A stretch of 64,000 bases of DNA from an uncultured delta proteobacterium (GTDB lineage Bacteria; Desulfobacterota; WTBG01; CAIYCZ01; CAIRTM01). Shown one piece after another: positions 1 through 10,697 of the stretch. Below the pieces are notes generated by a model, which made no database searches, had not been told where the DNA came from, and was given only the letters and a program-made list of their open reading frames with translations. Each line of letters starts with the position of its first letter. Positions within the stretch are counted from its first letter, which is position 1. The stretch spans positions 84,064 to 148,063 of the forward strand of contig CAVRPV010000019.1 in NCBI GenBank assembly GCA_963723235.1. The letters are read 5' to 3'. The position numbers and the translations under genes are program-made.

Positions 1-2
1 TA

Positions 3-1223
3 AAACTGTTTCCCAATTCAAAGGCTTTAATCGTCAGCGGCAAAGCCATTGACCGGGCCATGATCGCAAAAGGCAAGGCCATGACCATCGCGGCCAACGG
101 CCGATCATCCATTGTCATCCGCGGAGCCCTGCAGGCTGCCCAGCGGGCCAATGCCGCCATTATTATTGAAATCGCCAAATCAGAAGGCGGAGCCAGCTCC
201 TATTGCGCAACTACGTTCTGGAACATGGCCGCCCAGGTTGACCAGATCTGCAATGAACTGGGCATTACGGTTCCGGTTGCCATTCATGCCGACCATTACG
301 GCATCAAGGGCGACAAAGATATTCAGGCTGCCAAGACCGAGATACCCAGCATGTTTGAAGCCGGCATCACCTCCATTGCCATTGATGCCTCGCATCTGCC
401 GGATGAACAAAACCTGCTGGCGAATATCGAGCTTGCGCCGTTTGTTCCCGCCTGGGCCGGACTTGAAACCGAAGTCGGTGAAATCAAGGGCAAGGAAGGC
501 CTTTCAACCCCGGCTGAAGCGCTCTTTCTGATACAGGGCATGAACGCGCACGGCATCTTTGCCGACTGGATCGCGCTCAACAACGGCACCACCCACGGCA
601 TTGAAGCCAGTGATGCCGGCATTCAGGTGGAGCTGACCGCAGAGATTCACAAGGCGCTTGAAAAATACAGCGTTTCCGGGGCGCAGCACGGCACATCCGG
701 CAACAGTTCCGAGCGCCTGCGGGCCATTGCCTCCAAAACCCGCACCACCAAGGCCAATGTGGCTACCGCCCTGCAGATGATCTCCTGGGGGCTGGAAGTC
801 AATGATTACGGCAATGCCAGCATGGATGCTGATAAAAACTTCACCAAGGTCAAGAATGCCGGTGTAAGCGAAGAACTCTGGGCAGAGATGGTTGCGTATG
901 CGAGCGGCAAAGGCCTGAAGGCGGGTGATTATAAAAAGCTGAACCTGCCGTTTGAAAATAAAATTGTCAGCCAGAGCGCGCAAATCCGCGAGCGCATGGC
1001 CAAACGGGTAGCCGACTTTGTGTACACCATGCTTGTCGACGTTTTTAACGCAAAGGACACCGCACCGCTGGCAATTGATGCTCTTATCAAGGCCGGCTCC
1101 TATGATTTAGGGCCAAAAACCAAGCGCATTGAGGACCCGGCACAGTGGACTCCGGAAAAAATCAAAGCCCGGGGCGCCACGCTTGACGCTGATAAAGGAC
1201 CACAGGGCAATTTTGACGACTGA
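3..1223 (+). CDS. Class II fructose/ketose-bisphosphate aldolase family protein; 5' end truncated by the window edge
   Basis: The frame is open from the window start (..NSKALIVSGKAIDRAM IAKGK..). Class II aldolase motifs are present (HADHYG, ALNNGTTHG, AQHGTSG) and the length matches the long type. Confidence 0.8.
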   Translation, partial: KLFPNSKALIVSGKAIDRAMIAKGKAMTIAANGRSSIVIRGALQAAQRANAAIIIEIAKSEGGASSYCATTFWNMAAQVDQICNELGITVPVAIHADHYGIKGDKDIQAAKTEIPSMFEAGITSIAIDASHLPDEQNLLANIELAPFVPAWAGLETEVGEIKGKEGLSTPAEALFLIQGMNAHGIFADWIALNNGTTHGIEASDAGIQVELTAEIHKALEKYSVSGAQHGTSGNSSERLRAIASKTRTTKANVATALQMISWGLEVNDYGNASMDADKNFTKVKNAGVSEELWAEMVAYASGKGLKAGDYKKLNLPFENKIVSQSAQIRERMAKRVADFVYTMLVDVFNAKDTAPLAIDALIKAGSYDLGPKTKRIEDPAQWTPEKIKARGATLDADKGPQGNFDD

Positions 1224-1310
1224 TCGCCAGCCCGCCGAGCAGGTAAAGACACCCCGGCCTGATACAATGTTTTGAGAGCGGCGGGCTGACACCCGCCCTC
1301 ACTACCAATC

Positions 1311-1343
1311 AAAGCAGCCCCCCACACGGGGGCTGCTTTTTTT
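1311..1343 (+). terminator. Rho-independent terminator after the aldolase gene
   Basis: GC hairpin GCAGCCCCCCACACGGGGGCTGC followed by a T7 run. Confidence 0.75.
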
Positions 1344-1496
1344 AAGGCCATTTCATGCGCTATGCAGCTGCTATATCGTGCCTCACACACCATTTTCCTT
1401 TACATCCTGCGGGTTCTGGAATATGGTTTACACTGTAAAAACCAGCATATGCACAATCAAAAAACACCTTCAACCGGACGGAATCAAAAACAATAC

Positions 1497-2325
1497 ATGA
1501 ACACCAATCACCTCGACGGCCACACAAGCGCTGAGGCTCCGCAGCCTTTTTTCCCGCATGACACCTACAGCACTCAGCCCGGACGCGAGCGCCTGCTGCA
1601 TCGTCTGCTGCTCAGATCGCGTATCTACTATATAATCGGCTTTCTAAGGGTAATCCTGCGCTACCGCAAAGAGACCCTGAGCGGCCATTTCAACACGGCA
1701 ACCTGGTCACGGGCTGCCATGGATTGCTTCCGACCTGATGGAGTCCTGCGGAGGAATATTCCGCATTTCAGGACTGGACAACCCGCGCTCAGTTGACGGC
1801 CCCGTTGTTTTTATCGCCAATCACATGAGCACCATGGAAACCCTGATCCTGCCGGCCCTGGTTTTCCCTCAGAAAAATGCTATTTTTGTGGTCAAGCAGC
1901 AATTGCGCGATGTACCGCTGTTCGGTGGCTATGTGCAGGACTGCATTGCGGTTACCCGCAAAAACCCTGCCGATGACTTTAAGCAGGTTATGACACAGGG
2001 AGCCGAAAAAATAGCGCAGGGATTCAGCGTTATTATTTTCCCGCAAGCCACCCGCAGCACGGTGTTTGATCCTGAAAAATTCAACACTCTCGGCATAAAG
2101 CTCGCCCGGCGCGCAGGGGTACCGGTTATCCCGATCGCTCTTAAAACCGATTTTTGGGGCACGGGCACATTGATTAAGGACTTCGGGCCGATTAACAGCG
2201 GGCAGACTATTTATATTGAATGCGGCGAGCCCATTACCGTATCAGGCTCAGGAAAAAGCGAACATGTGCAGGTAGTCGCCTTTATCAAAAAACGGCTGTT
2301 GGGCTGGGGCGGGCAGTCGCATTGA
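1497..2325 (+). CDS. Lysophospholipid (1-acyl-glycerol-3-phosphate) acyltransferase, PlsC family; N-terminal part lies in a different frame (apparent frameshift near 1700-1740)
   Basis: ORF 1738-2325 has the acyltransferase core (DGPVVFIANHMSTMETLIL) and FPQATRS. The upstream frame-0 ORF supplies a plausible N-terminus. The start coordinate is uncertain. Confidence 0.65.
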
Positions 2326-2461
2326 AACACCATTTCCTGCCCGAAAGCAGCAAGTTTTTAAAAGAGCGCCCGTTTTCCCCAAAAAGGCTGATTTTGAGCT
2401 TGACAAAGCAATTTCTAAATACTATAGTTAGCGACTTAATTTTGCGAAAAAGGAGTACACC

Positions 2462-2900
2462 GTGAAAAGCTATTGTGCCAAACCAAACGAAGTCCAGCAG
2501 GACTGGCTGCTTGTCGATGCCGAGGGCCTAGACACTGGGACGACTTGCCGCACAGATCGCCCTTCGCCTGCGCGGAAAGCATAAACCCGTCTTTACCCCG
2601 CATGTTGATACCGGTGATTTCATCGTTGTCATTAATGCCGAGAAGGTTAAGCTGACCGGCAAAAAGATTGAAGACAAAAAATATTACCGGCATACCGGAT
2701 ATCCGGGTGGCATACGCGAAACCAATGCGGCGAAAATGCTGGCTACCAAGCCGACAGACATTCTTACCATCGCCGTGAAGGGAATGCTCCCCAAAAACAG
2801 TCTGGGCCGCAAAATGCTTTCCAAGCTGAAAGTATACACCGGCAGCGCGCATCCGCATCAGGCCCAGCAACCGCAACCCCTGGAATTGAAAGGCATCTAG
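2462..2900 (+). CDS. rplM: 50S ribosomal protein L13, interrupted by an apparent 1-nt insertion near 2527 that creates an in-frame TAG
   Basis: The stitched translation [22 protein letters not shown] / [59 protein letters not shown]...[25 protein letters not shown] is full-length L13. Removing the T in GAGGGCC-T-AGACACTGGGA restores EGQTLGRLA. Confidence 0.9.
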
Positions 2901-2907
2901 GTAGACA

Positions 2908-3304
2908 ATGGAAGGAAAAAAATTCTTTGCCACAGGGCGCAGAAAGACCTCGGTAGCACGCGTATGGATGGAGCCGGGCAACGGTGCCATCACCATCAAT
3001 ACCCGCTCAATAGACGATTTTTTCGGCGGCCTTGAGTTCAAAAAAGCCGAAGTACGGCAGCCTCTGGAACTGTGCGGTGTTGGTGATAAATACAATGTGC
3101 ATATCAATGTTCAGGGCGGCGGCATAACCGGACAGGCGCAGGCAATCCGGCACGGCATTGCCCGTACGCTCATCATCATTGACGAGGCAATGCGCGGCAC
3201 GCTTAAAGGAGCATATTCTGCTTACCCGCGATCCGCGCAAAGTAGAGCGTAAAAAATACGGCCTCAAAAAAGCCCGTAAGCGTTTCCAATTTTCAAAACG
3301 CTGA
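2908..3304 (+). CDS. rpsI: 30S ribosomal protein S9; the C-terminus is frameshifted near 3205-3215
   Basis: [10 protein letters not shown]...[19 protein letters not shown] is S9. The canonical tail ..[27 protein letters not shown] is encoded in the +1 frame after about 3210. Confidence 0.9.
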
Positions 3305-3343
3305 TCCGGTTACGGTTCGAACAACCAACGCAACGCATTTTAC

Positions 3344-3372
3344 GGGAAGGACCATGTCCTTCCCTTTTTTTT
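3344..3372 (+). terminator. Rho-independent terminator after rplM-rpsI
   Basis: Hairpin GGGAAGGACCATGTCCTTCCC followed by T9. Confidence 0.8.
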
Positions 3373-3385
3373 AGGGGAGAAAAAT

Positions 3386-4486
3386 ATGAAAATAGCCATT
3401 GCGGGTGCAACCGGGTATACGGGGCTGGAACTGATGCGGATTCTGTGCGCCCATCCGCACGTTACAATCAGCGCCCTGACCTCAGAGAGCTATGCCGGAC
3501 AGGAATTCTCCAGTGTCTATCCCGGCTATTTGCAGCGAACGCTTCCGCAGCTTGAGCCGCTTGTGCCGGAAAAAATCGCCGCCAAGGCTGATATTGTCTT
3601 TACGGCCCTGCCGCACAAGGAGGCCATGCGTGTCGTGCCGGCCCTGATGAAGAGCGGCAAGCGCGTTATCGACCTGAGTGCAGACTTCCGCTTCAAAAGC
3701 CAGAAAACCTACGAGCGCTGGTATCAGGAGCACAGCGCACCAGGCCTGCTGGGAAAGGCTGCATACGGATTGCCGGAACTGTATCGCTCAGCGATCAAAA
3801 AAGCCAAGCTTGTGGCCAACCCAGGCTGTTACCCGACCAGCATTATCCTGCCGCTCGCTCCGCTGCTTCGCCAGGGGCTGGTCAGCACCGCGTCCATCAT
3901 TGCCGATTCAAAATCAGGCGTGAGCGGTGCGGGCCGCAGTGCAAAAACCGCGTCGCTTTTTTGCGAGGTCAACGAAGGATTCAGGGCCTACGGCGTGTTT
4001 GAGCATCGCCATCAGCCTGAAATCGAAGAACAGCTTTCAGCAGTATCAGGCAGCACCATAAAAATCGCCTTTACTCCGCACCTGCTGCCCATGAGCCGTG
4101 GCATGCTGAGCAGCGTATATGTCCGGCTCAAAAAAAGCACCCGGCCACAGGACATCCAGGCACTGCTGGAAAATTTTTACAAAAAAGAGCCCTTCGTCCG
4201 CATCCTGCCGCAGGGGTCGCTGCCGAATACTGCCGCTGTGCGCGGCACAAATTTTTGCGACATCGGCTTCAAAATGCAGGAAAAGCAGCTGGTGCTGATT
4301 TCCTGTATCGACAATCTTGTCAAAGGCGCCTCGGGTCAAGCCGTGCAGAACATGAACATAATGCTCGGATGCCCGGAAACAACCGCGCTGGCATGGCACC
4401 GCTGTACCCATAACGCGCTGGCTGAATGTACATGCCCGAAACCGGATGCATACGTGCATATGGCTTGTCGCTATAACCTACCATAG
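3386..4486 (+). CDS. argC: N-acetyl-gamma-glutamyl-phosphate reductase
   Basis: MKIAIAGATGYTGLEL.., PGCYPTS, SGVSGAGR and NLVKGASGQAVQNMNIM are ArgC hallmarks. The last ~20 residues look like read-through, so the true stop may be earlier via a frameshift. Confidence 0.85.
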   Translation: MKIAIAGATGYTGLELMRILCAHPHVTISALTSESYAGQEFSSVYPGYLQRTLPQLEPLVPEKIAAKADIVFTALPHKEAMRVVPALMKSGKRVIDLSADFRFKSQKTYERWYQEHSAPGLLGKAAYGLPELYRSAIKKAKLVANPGCYPTSIILPLAPLLRQGLVSTASIIADSKSGVSGAGRSAKTASLFCEVNEGFRAYGVFEHRHQPEIEEQLSAVSGSTIKIAFTPHLLPMSRGMLSSVYVRLKKSTRPQDIQALLENFYKKEPFVRILPQGSLPNTAAVRGTNFCDIGFKMQEKQLVLISCIDNLVKGASGQAVQNMNIMLGCPETTALAWHRCTHNALAECTCPKPDAYVHMACRYNLP

Positions 4487-4497
4487 GAGGCTGCCAC

Positions 4498-4689
4498 ATG
4501 GAATGCAAGGCCGCTGAAAACAAACCACACTGCACCTGTACATACAGCTGCTCAAAAAAGGGCAACTGCTGCGCATGCGTCGCGTATCACCATTCCCGCA
4601 ATGAACTGCCCGGCTGCTTCTTTCCTCCTGCGGCCGAGCGCAGCTACGACCGCTCGCGGCAGGCGTTTATGCGGGCATGGAGTGCGTAA
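4498..4689 (+). CDS. Small cysteine-rich hypothetical protein (HCTCTYSCSKKGNCCACVAYHH), possibly metal-binding
   Basis: 63-aa ORF carrying 8 Cys in 25 residues, in a tight intergenic position after argC. No family recognised. Confidence 0.35.
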   Translation: MECKAAENKPHCTCTYSCSKKGNCCACVAYHHSRNELPGCFFPPAAERSYDRSRQAFMRAWSA

Positions 4690-4861
4690 GAACACCTTTT
4701 CCAGTATCCGGAAAGCATTGCATCAATGGCTGAAAACTGGTAAAATAATGATTTTGCGCAAATAAATTGCCACGTGTATATACCACGCACGGTCCCCTAA
4801 CGGCTCACGAAAGCCGACAGGTGCCCTGAAACATATTAACGCAATCCCGATTGGAGGAATC

Positions 4862-6251
4862 ATGAGCGAAGTATTACAGGAAATGCTTGAAAAGGCCCGC
4901 AAAGCGCAGGCAATTGTCGAACATTGGCCCCAGGACAAGGTTGATGAAATGGTCAAAGCTGCGGCTTGGGAAATGATCAAGCCGGAACACGCCGAAGAAT
5001 GTGCGAAGCTGGCAGCGCAGGAAACCAAAATGGGCGTGTATGAAGATAAGTACGCCAAGCACCGCAACAAAGTACTGGGCGCCCTGCGGGATATGGAAGG
5101 TGAGCAATCCACCGGCATCGTTGAAGAAAACAAAGAAAAGGGCATTTTCAAGGTCATTAAACCCATAGGCGTTATCTTCGCGCCGACGCCCTGCACGAAC
5201 CCGACGGCGACCCCGGCGGTTAAAAGCATATTCGCGCTGAAATCACGCAACGCCATTATCTTCGCGCCCCACATGCTTGCCCGGCGCTGCAGCGGCAAAA
5301 CGGTCGAGTTCGCCCGCGCCGGCCTCAAAAAAGTGGGCGCGCCCGAAGACCTGATCCAGATCATGGACAAACCCTATATTGAAGACATCCAGAAAATGAT
5401 GTCCATGTGCGACCTTGTCGTTTCCACCGGCGGAACCCAGTCGGTTATAGCCGCCTACTCCAGCGGCAAACCCGCTCTCGGCGTGGGCGCCGGCAACTCG
5501 GTTATGATCGTGGACGAAACCATTGATCCGGTCGTTGCCGCGACCAAGATCGTTGCCAGCAAGACCTTCGACAACGCCACGTCCTGCTCGGCTGAGAACA
5601 ACGTTGTCATCCAGGAGTCGGTTTATGACAGGTGCCTTGCCGCGCTGAAGGAAAAGGGCGGCTACCTGTGCAACGCCGAAGAGAAGGCAAAACTCAAAGC
5701 CGCCATGTGGCCTGACGGAGTACATATCGAGGCCAAAGTGGTCGCCCGCCCGGCAGTGCGTATCGCCAACAAAATAGCCGGTCTGAATGTTCCCGAAGAT
5801 ACGAAATTCATCATGGTACTCGGCGATGCTCCGGTTGAAAACGACAAATTTGCCGATGAAAAGCTCTCGCCGGTTATGACCGTCTGGAAATATAAGTGAG
5901 TTCAGCGATGCCATTGAGTATGTCAAGCGCATTCATGCCGTCAGGGGCCGCGGGCATTGCGCCGGCATTCATACAAACAGTGATGAGCGCGTCAGGGAAC
6001 TTGCCGAGCAGGCGCAGGTAAGCCGCCTGATGGTCAACCAGCCGCAATGCCTTGCCAACAGCGGCGCCTTCACCAACGGCATGCCCTACACCATGACCCT
6101 TGCCTGCGGCACCTGGGGCAACAACAGTTCCAACGATAACATAACCTGGCGCAACTGGGTTAACTACACATGGGTATCAAGCCCGATTCCGGAAAACAAG
6201 CCCGATGAGGAAAAACTGTTCGGCGCGCACTGGAATGCCCATGGCAAATAA
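4862..6251 (+). CDS. CoA-acylating aldehyde dehydrogenase (EutE/PduP/SucD-like), with an apparent frameshift near 5895
   Basis: ORF 4862-5899 has the ALDH fold (FAPTPCTNPTATP, SMCDLVVSTGGT). The same protein continues in another frame to 6251 (..IHTNSDERVRELAEQAQVSRLMVNQPQC..GTWGNN..), for a total of about 460 aa. Confidence 0.75.
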
Positions 6252-6289
6252 GCATTGTCACTAACGCTTTTGAACAAGGAGGCACATCA

Positions 6290-6529
6290 ATGGACAAACA
6301 GGAAATAATCGAAAAAGTATCCGGTTTTCTGCGCAAAGCAACCGCCAAGCCAGACCTTGAAATCGATCAGGATGCCAAGCTTGTTGATATGGGGCTGAAT
6401 TCCTCAGGCCGCCTCGAGCTGTTTTCCATGATCGAGGACGAGTGGGATCTGATGCTCAATGAAGACGACACCGATGAAGTTTCCACCTTCAACGATGTGA
6501 TCGCGCTGGTTGAAAAAGAACTCGGCTGA
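6290..6529 (+). CDS. Acyl carrier protein-like small protein
   Basis: 79 aa and acidic, with a DMGLNSSGRLELF Ser-containing phosphopantetheine-attachment-like motif. Confidence 0.6.
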   Translation: MDKQEIIEKVSGFLRKATAKPDLEIDQDAKLVDMGLNSSGRLELFSMIEDEWDLMLNEDDTDEVSTFNDVIALVEKELG

Positions 6530-6561
6530 GCTTAGACAGCCATTTATACATCCTGTATGCA

Positions 6562-6596
6562 AACGCCGACCCGGCATCCGGGTCGGCGTTTTTTTA
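6562..6596 (+). terminator. Rho-independent terminator after the ACP-like gene
   Basis: Hairpin AACGCCGACCCGGCATCCGGGTCGGCGTT followed by T8. Confidence 0.8.
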
Positions 6597-6757
6597 TGTT
6601 GGTAAAAAGACGCAATACATGATTGCTGCGCAATCGCAAAGGTTGGGTTTTTATGTAGTGGCAACAGTCGATTTTTTTTCGCTATACTTACGATGTATCA
6701 ATACTCCCATTGCCGACAGCATCGCACATATCCGCGCCAAAACCTCCACAAGGAGAA

Positions 6758-7996
6758 GCCATGAACTGGATCGGATTTGTCAGGCTGATGCGTTCCATCT
6801 ACGGCAGAGAACTGCCCGACCTGCAAAAAATTCAGGATCAGGGCCTGCTTGCGGTCAAAATCGCGCAGGTGTTCGCCCTGCGCATTGATTTTCTCAACCG
6901 CGAGAAATGCCAGCACCTGGCACGCCTGTACCGCCACACGGTTGAAATCCCCGCTGAAGACATGCACCGCCTGCTGCGCTACTATACGGATGATGACTTT
7001 GCCGGACACTTTGCCTCCATCGAAGACAATGCCCTGGCATCGGCATCGGTCGGACAGGTGCACCGCGCGCGCCTGAAAGGCGGTGAAGAGGTAATCATCA
7101 AGCTCATCAAAGCAGACTGCAAAAAACAGTTCGTGCGCGACGTGCGCTCCATCAAGCGCCTGTTTCAGCTGGCCATCATGTTCTACCCCAAGCTGCAGAA
7201 AGTGGCCGATCCGGTCGGCATCCTTGAAAACATCGAGGACTACACGCTGACCGAGCTCAATTTGCTCAACGAAATCAAAGGGCAGGATATTTTAAAGAAC
7301 ATCTACCTCGAAAACCGCGACCGCTTTGACCTCTCGCACCTCAAGTTTGCCGAGCTGTACCGGGAGCTTTCCAATGAAAATGTGCTGGTCGCTGAATTCA
7401 TTGAGGGCAAAACATTTGATGAGCTGCTTGAGGAAGGCCGCATGCCCTACGATCAGTTATTGGAGCTCTTTCACATTCACGGATTCTACATGTTCGTCAA
7501 CGGGACGTTCCACGGCGACATTCATCCCGGCAACATTATTCTCAATGACGGAAACATTTATTTTGTCGATACCAGCGCCATCAGCCACACGGGCCGAAAA
7601 TCAGACGCGGTCTTTTTGATTTTTTCACGGCGCCTGGCATACTGGGACTACGGCGAATGTGCCGCCTGCCTGAACACGATGGCCGAAACAGGCATTACGG
7701 GCAAACAGTTCGAGGTTTTCAGGGAAAAGTTCATTGCGCTCTATGCTGATTTCAAGGAAAGCACGGTATCAAAGGTCAGCCTGACGCAGAAAATGATGGA
7801 GACCATCAAGCTGGGCGTACACAGCGGCATGGTGTTTGAGCGGGGTATTTTCGCCATCATCAAGAGCCTGATGTATCTTGACGGCATGGTGCTGCGCTGT
7901 AATCCTGATGCGGTGCTGCTGCGCGACATGCGGGCATTTATAGGTGACACGCGAAAAATTATGGAAGAAGTCCTCGCAGCCGATCCACCCGTGTAA
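6758..7996 (+). CDS. ubiB: UbiB/ABC1 family atypical protein kinase
   Basis: ASASVGQVHRARLKGGEEVIIKL and FHGDIHPGNII motifs. The likely start is Met at 6758 within ORF 6710-7996. Confidence 0.8.
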   Translation, partial: AMNWIGFVRLMRSIYGRELPDLQKIQDQGLLAVKIAQVFALRIDFLNREKCQHLARLYRHTVEIPAEDMHRLLRYYTDDDFAGHFASIEDNALASASVGQVHRARLKGGEEVIIKLIKADCKKQFVRDVRSIKRLFQLAIMFYPKLQKVADPVGILENIEDYTLTELNLLNEIKGQDILKNIYLENRDRFDLSHLKFAELYRELSNENVLVAEFIEGKTFDELLEEGRMPYDQLLELFHIHGFYMFVNGTFHGDIHPGNIILNDGNIYFVDTSAISHTGRKSDAVFLIFSRRLAYWDYGECAACLNTMAETGITGKQFEVFREKFIALYADFKESTVSKVSLTQKMMETIKLGVHSGMVFERGIFAIIKSLMYLDGMVLRCNPDAVLLRDMRAFIGDTRKIMEEVLAADPPV

Positions 7997-8000
7997 GGGG

Positions 8001-8536
8001 TTACCGTGGCTTTGCAAGGCCTCGCACGAGTTCAACCACGGAGCCGACATTTTCATCCGGTATTTTCCCCGGCATCACATAGCGCACAACCCCGTCGCGG
8101 TCGATGATGATAACCGTGCTTGTACTTGACGCGGCCCCGTAGTCCTGAAACATCTTCCCGGACATATCAACATAGAGCTGCAGGTTCAACCTGCGCGCAT
8201 TGTCCTGCACCCCCCGAACACAAAATCCCTTAATAGGCCAGGGATATGCGAAACAGTCGATAACGGGCACCAGGGCAATGTTGCGGCGGAGGCGCTCATC
8301 GGGAGGGAAGGCCTTGAGCAGCGCATCCTTAAAGGGCTTGTTTAATTCTCTGGTCTCGCGTGACTCACAGGTTATGACAATAACGCTGCCCGCAAGATCT
8401 GATGAGCGCAGAACCTTTGAGTCGTCATAGCTCACCTCAAATGCCGGGGCGGGCTGGCCGGGCTCAAGCGCTTCGGCCCGCACAGGCAACAAGCACAGCA
8501 CACTAGCGCAACCAGTGCAAAACTATAGACATATTT
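8001..8536 (-). CDS. Secreted thiol-disulfide oxidoreductase / peroxiredoxin (redoxin family), with a frameshifted signal peptide
   Basis: PAPAFEV..GSVIVITCES is the redoxin fold. The signal peptide MKYVYSFALVALVCCACC is encoded in an adjacent frame at 8536-8480. Confidence 0.65.
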
Positions 8537-8564
8537 CATAATAGATTCCGGACAGGCGGCACCC

Positions 8565-10094
8565 CTATTGAAAATCAGCTTTTGTCGGCAGGGGGCCGGG
8601 CGGCGTAAAGGCCACGCCGTGTTTTTTGCACAGCATGTTCGCGGAAATGCGGGCCGATTCATAAATGGTCGGCAGGCCACTTCCCGGATGCGTGCCGCCG
8701 CCGGCGAGGTAGCAGTTGCTGAACTCCTCAAACCGGTTACGGGGCCTGAAGTACATCATCTGCAGCAGCTCATGGCCGATGTTGAACGTCGCGCCCTGGT
8801 AGACGTTGTAATCCTGCTCCCAGTTACAGGCGTTATCACCTTGCGCACCTCGATATGATCGCGAAGATCCTTAAGTTCCGTGCGCGCAACTACCTGATCA
8901 AGGATCTGTTCTGCGAAACGGTCTTTTTCAGCTTCCCAGTCAATACCGCTGCGATTGTTGGGCACGGGGGTGAGAATGTAGAGGGCTGATTTGCCCGCAG
9001 GCGCCAGGGTCGGATCGGTAACAGAGGCGTTCTGGACATAAAATGAATTATCGCGCGAAAGCTTCAGGCTGTTAAAAATCTCCTCGACATTTCTCTTGTA
9101 GTCTTTGAGCAAATACAATGGTGTGATGCGGCATGTCATACACCTTGTCAACACCCAGATACATCATAAAAATCGAGCAGGAATAGCTCATGGAATCGAA
9201 CTTTGCCTGCGTGTACTTTTTCAGTTCTCCCGGAGCGCATAAGTTGAGCATGGCGTGTGAAAAATCAGCGTTGATAATATAATCATCAGCGCTGCAGAGC
9301 TCGCCGCTCTCCAGTTCAACTGCCTTGATAGCACGCCCTCAATGACCAGACGCTTAACCGGAGTTGAGGTGCGGATGTGAACCCCCAGCTCTTCGCACAC
9401 CTTTTGCATGGCAAGCGATATGGCGTTCAGGCCGCCGATCACATGGTAAATGCCGTGCCCGTGCTCGATATAGGGCACCATGGTGAAGGCTGCCGGGCAG
9501 TCCCAGGCCGACATGCCCAGGTACTTGGCCTGGAAGGTAAAGGCAAGCTTAAGCTGATCGTTGTCAAAATAGCGGCCCAGTTGCCCGAACATGGATCTGC
9601 CCAATGACAGGTGCGGCAACGCACGCAGCAGGGCCGGGCTGAACAAATCAAAAAGTGAAGAATATGGTTTTTGCAAACAGGGGAACAGCATTTCAAAACG
9701 TTTCTTTTTCTGTCGCAAGGAAACGCTCATAGCCTCCCTCGTTGCCGGGAAACAACTCCGCGATCTGCTGCTGCATGTGCTGCCGATTGCTGGTCGGGAA
9801 AATATCAAAATCCGGAAAGCGCAGGCGGTACATCGGCTCAAGCTTCTTCACCGTCATGTAATCCTCAGCCTTGCGGCCGGCCTCCTCGAACATCTCCTTC
9901 AGGGTGAAATTCATCATCAGAAAGGTGGGGCCGGTATCGAACGTGTAACCGTCAAGGCGGATGGGCGCGTTTCTGCCGCCGACAACAGGCTCTTTTTCGA
10001 ACACGGTCACATCAAAACCGCGCTTGGCCAGGATCATGGCGGACGTCAGCCCGCCGGGTCCTGCCCCGATAACAATCACTTTCTTTCTGGCCAT
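8565..10094 (-). CDS. NAD(P)/FAD-dependent oxidoreductase of the phytoene desaturase (CrtI/HpnE-like) family, split over at least four frames
   Basis: N-terminus [38 protein letters not shown] (Rossmann fold). C-terminus [27 protein letters not shown]. The middle segments lie in ORFs 9221-9841 and 8756-9154. Confidence 0.7.
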
Positions 10095-10227
10095 GTCATA
10101 CCCTTTCCAGGATTTCCATACCGCACAGGATTGTTGAGTGTTTAAACAATTCTATAAGCCCGCAGGCCTGTTTGTCAAACAGTAAAACCTCGCCCGGCAT
10201 GCAGGCCTGGTCAATGGGTCGCGTGCG

Positions 10228-10558
10228 CTATTTCAGAATCCACTGGTGCACAAGCGCCGCGACCAGCCACACGCCGAAGCTCAGGCACAGGACGCTTGGA
10301 ATCGCGAACTGCTTTTTAAAACAGATAAAGGCCGTCAGAAAAAACAGGGTGCTCGGCAGCATGCCCCAGAGCGCCCCGTGTGAAGTTCTGCATGAGGACG
10401 GAATCGCCCCTGTTCTCAAGATACAGCCACACCAGGGCGAGCGCGCCCGTGAGCGGCATGACGGTGATCAGCCCGGCTGTTACAGGCACTTTCTTCCCGA
10501 GCGCCGTTACCGCAAGAATAATAATTACGATCAGGGATGTCTTGATAACAAGCTGCAT
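10228..10558 (-). CDS. Small integral membrane protein (2-3 TM segments), frameshifted
   Basis: Two overlapping hydrophobic ORFs (MQLVIKTSLIVIIILAVTALG.. and ..LFFLTAFICF..). Confidence 0.4.
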
Positions 10559-10697
10559 CGCTATTTCCGTTCTTGCTGAGCCGGATCGCTGTCCCCTGTG
10601 CAGGACCCGGTGATGGTGGGCATATGATGTCTGATTATAAACAGCTGCTGCTGCGACACCTGATCACTGTGCACGCAGCACGGGCGATATAGCCACC

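Noticed and set aside
3305-3343. GGTTCGAAC string after rpsI, reminiscent of a tRNA T-arm
   Set aside because: No acceptor, D-arm or anticodon arm context can be folded. It lies inside the rpsI-terminator spacer.
4723-5370. 215-aa ORF on the minus strand
   Set aside because: It is antisense to the well-supported aldehyde dehydrogenase gene and is a typical GC-rich shadow ORF with no motifs.
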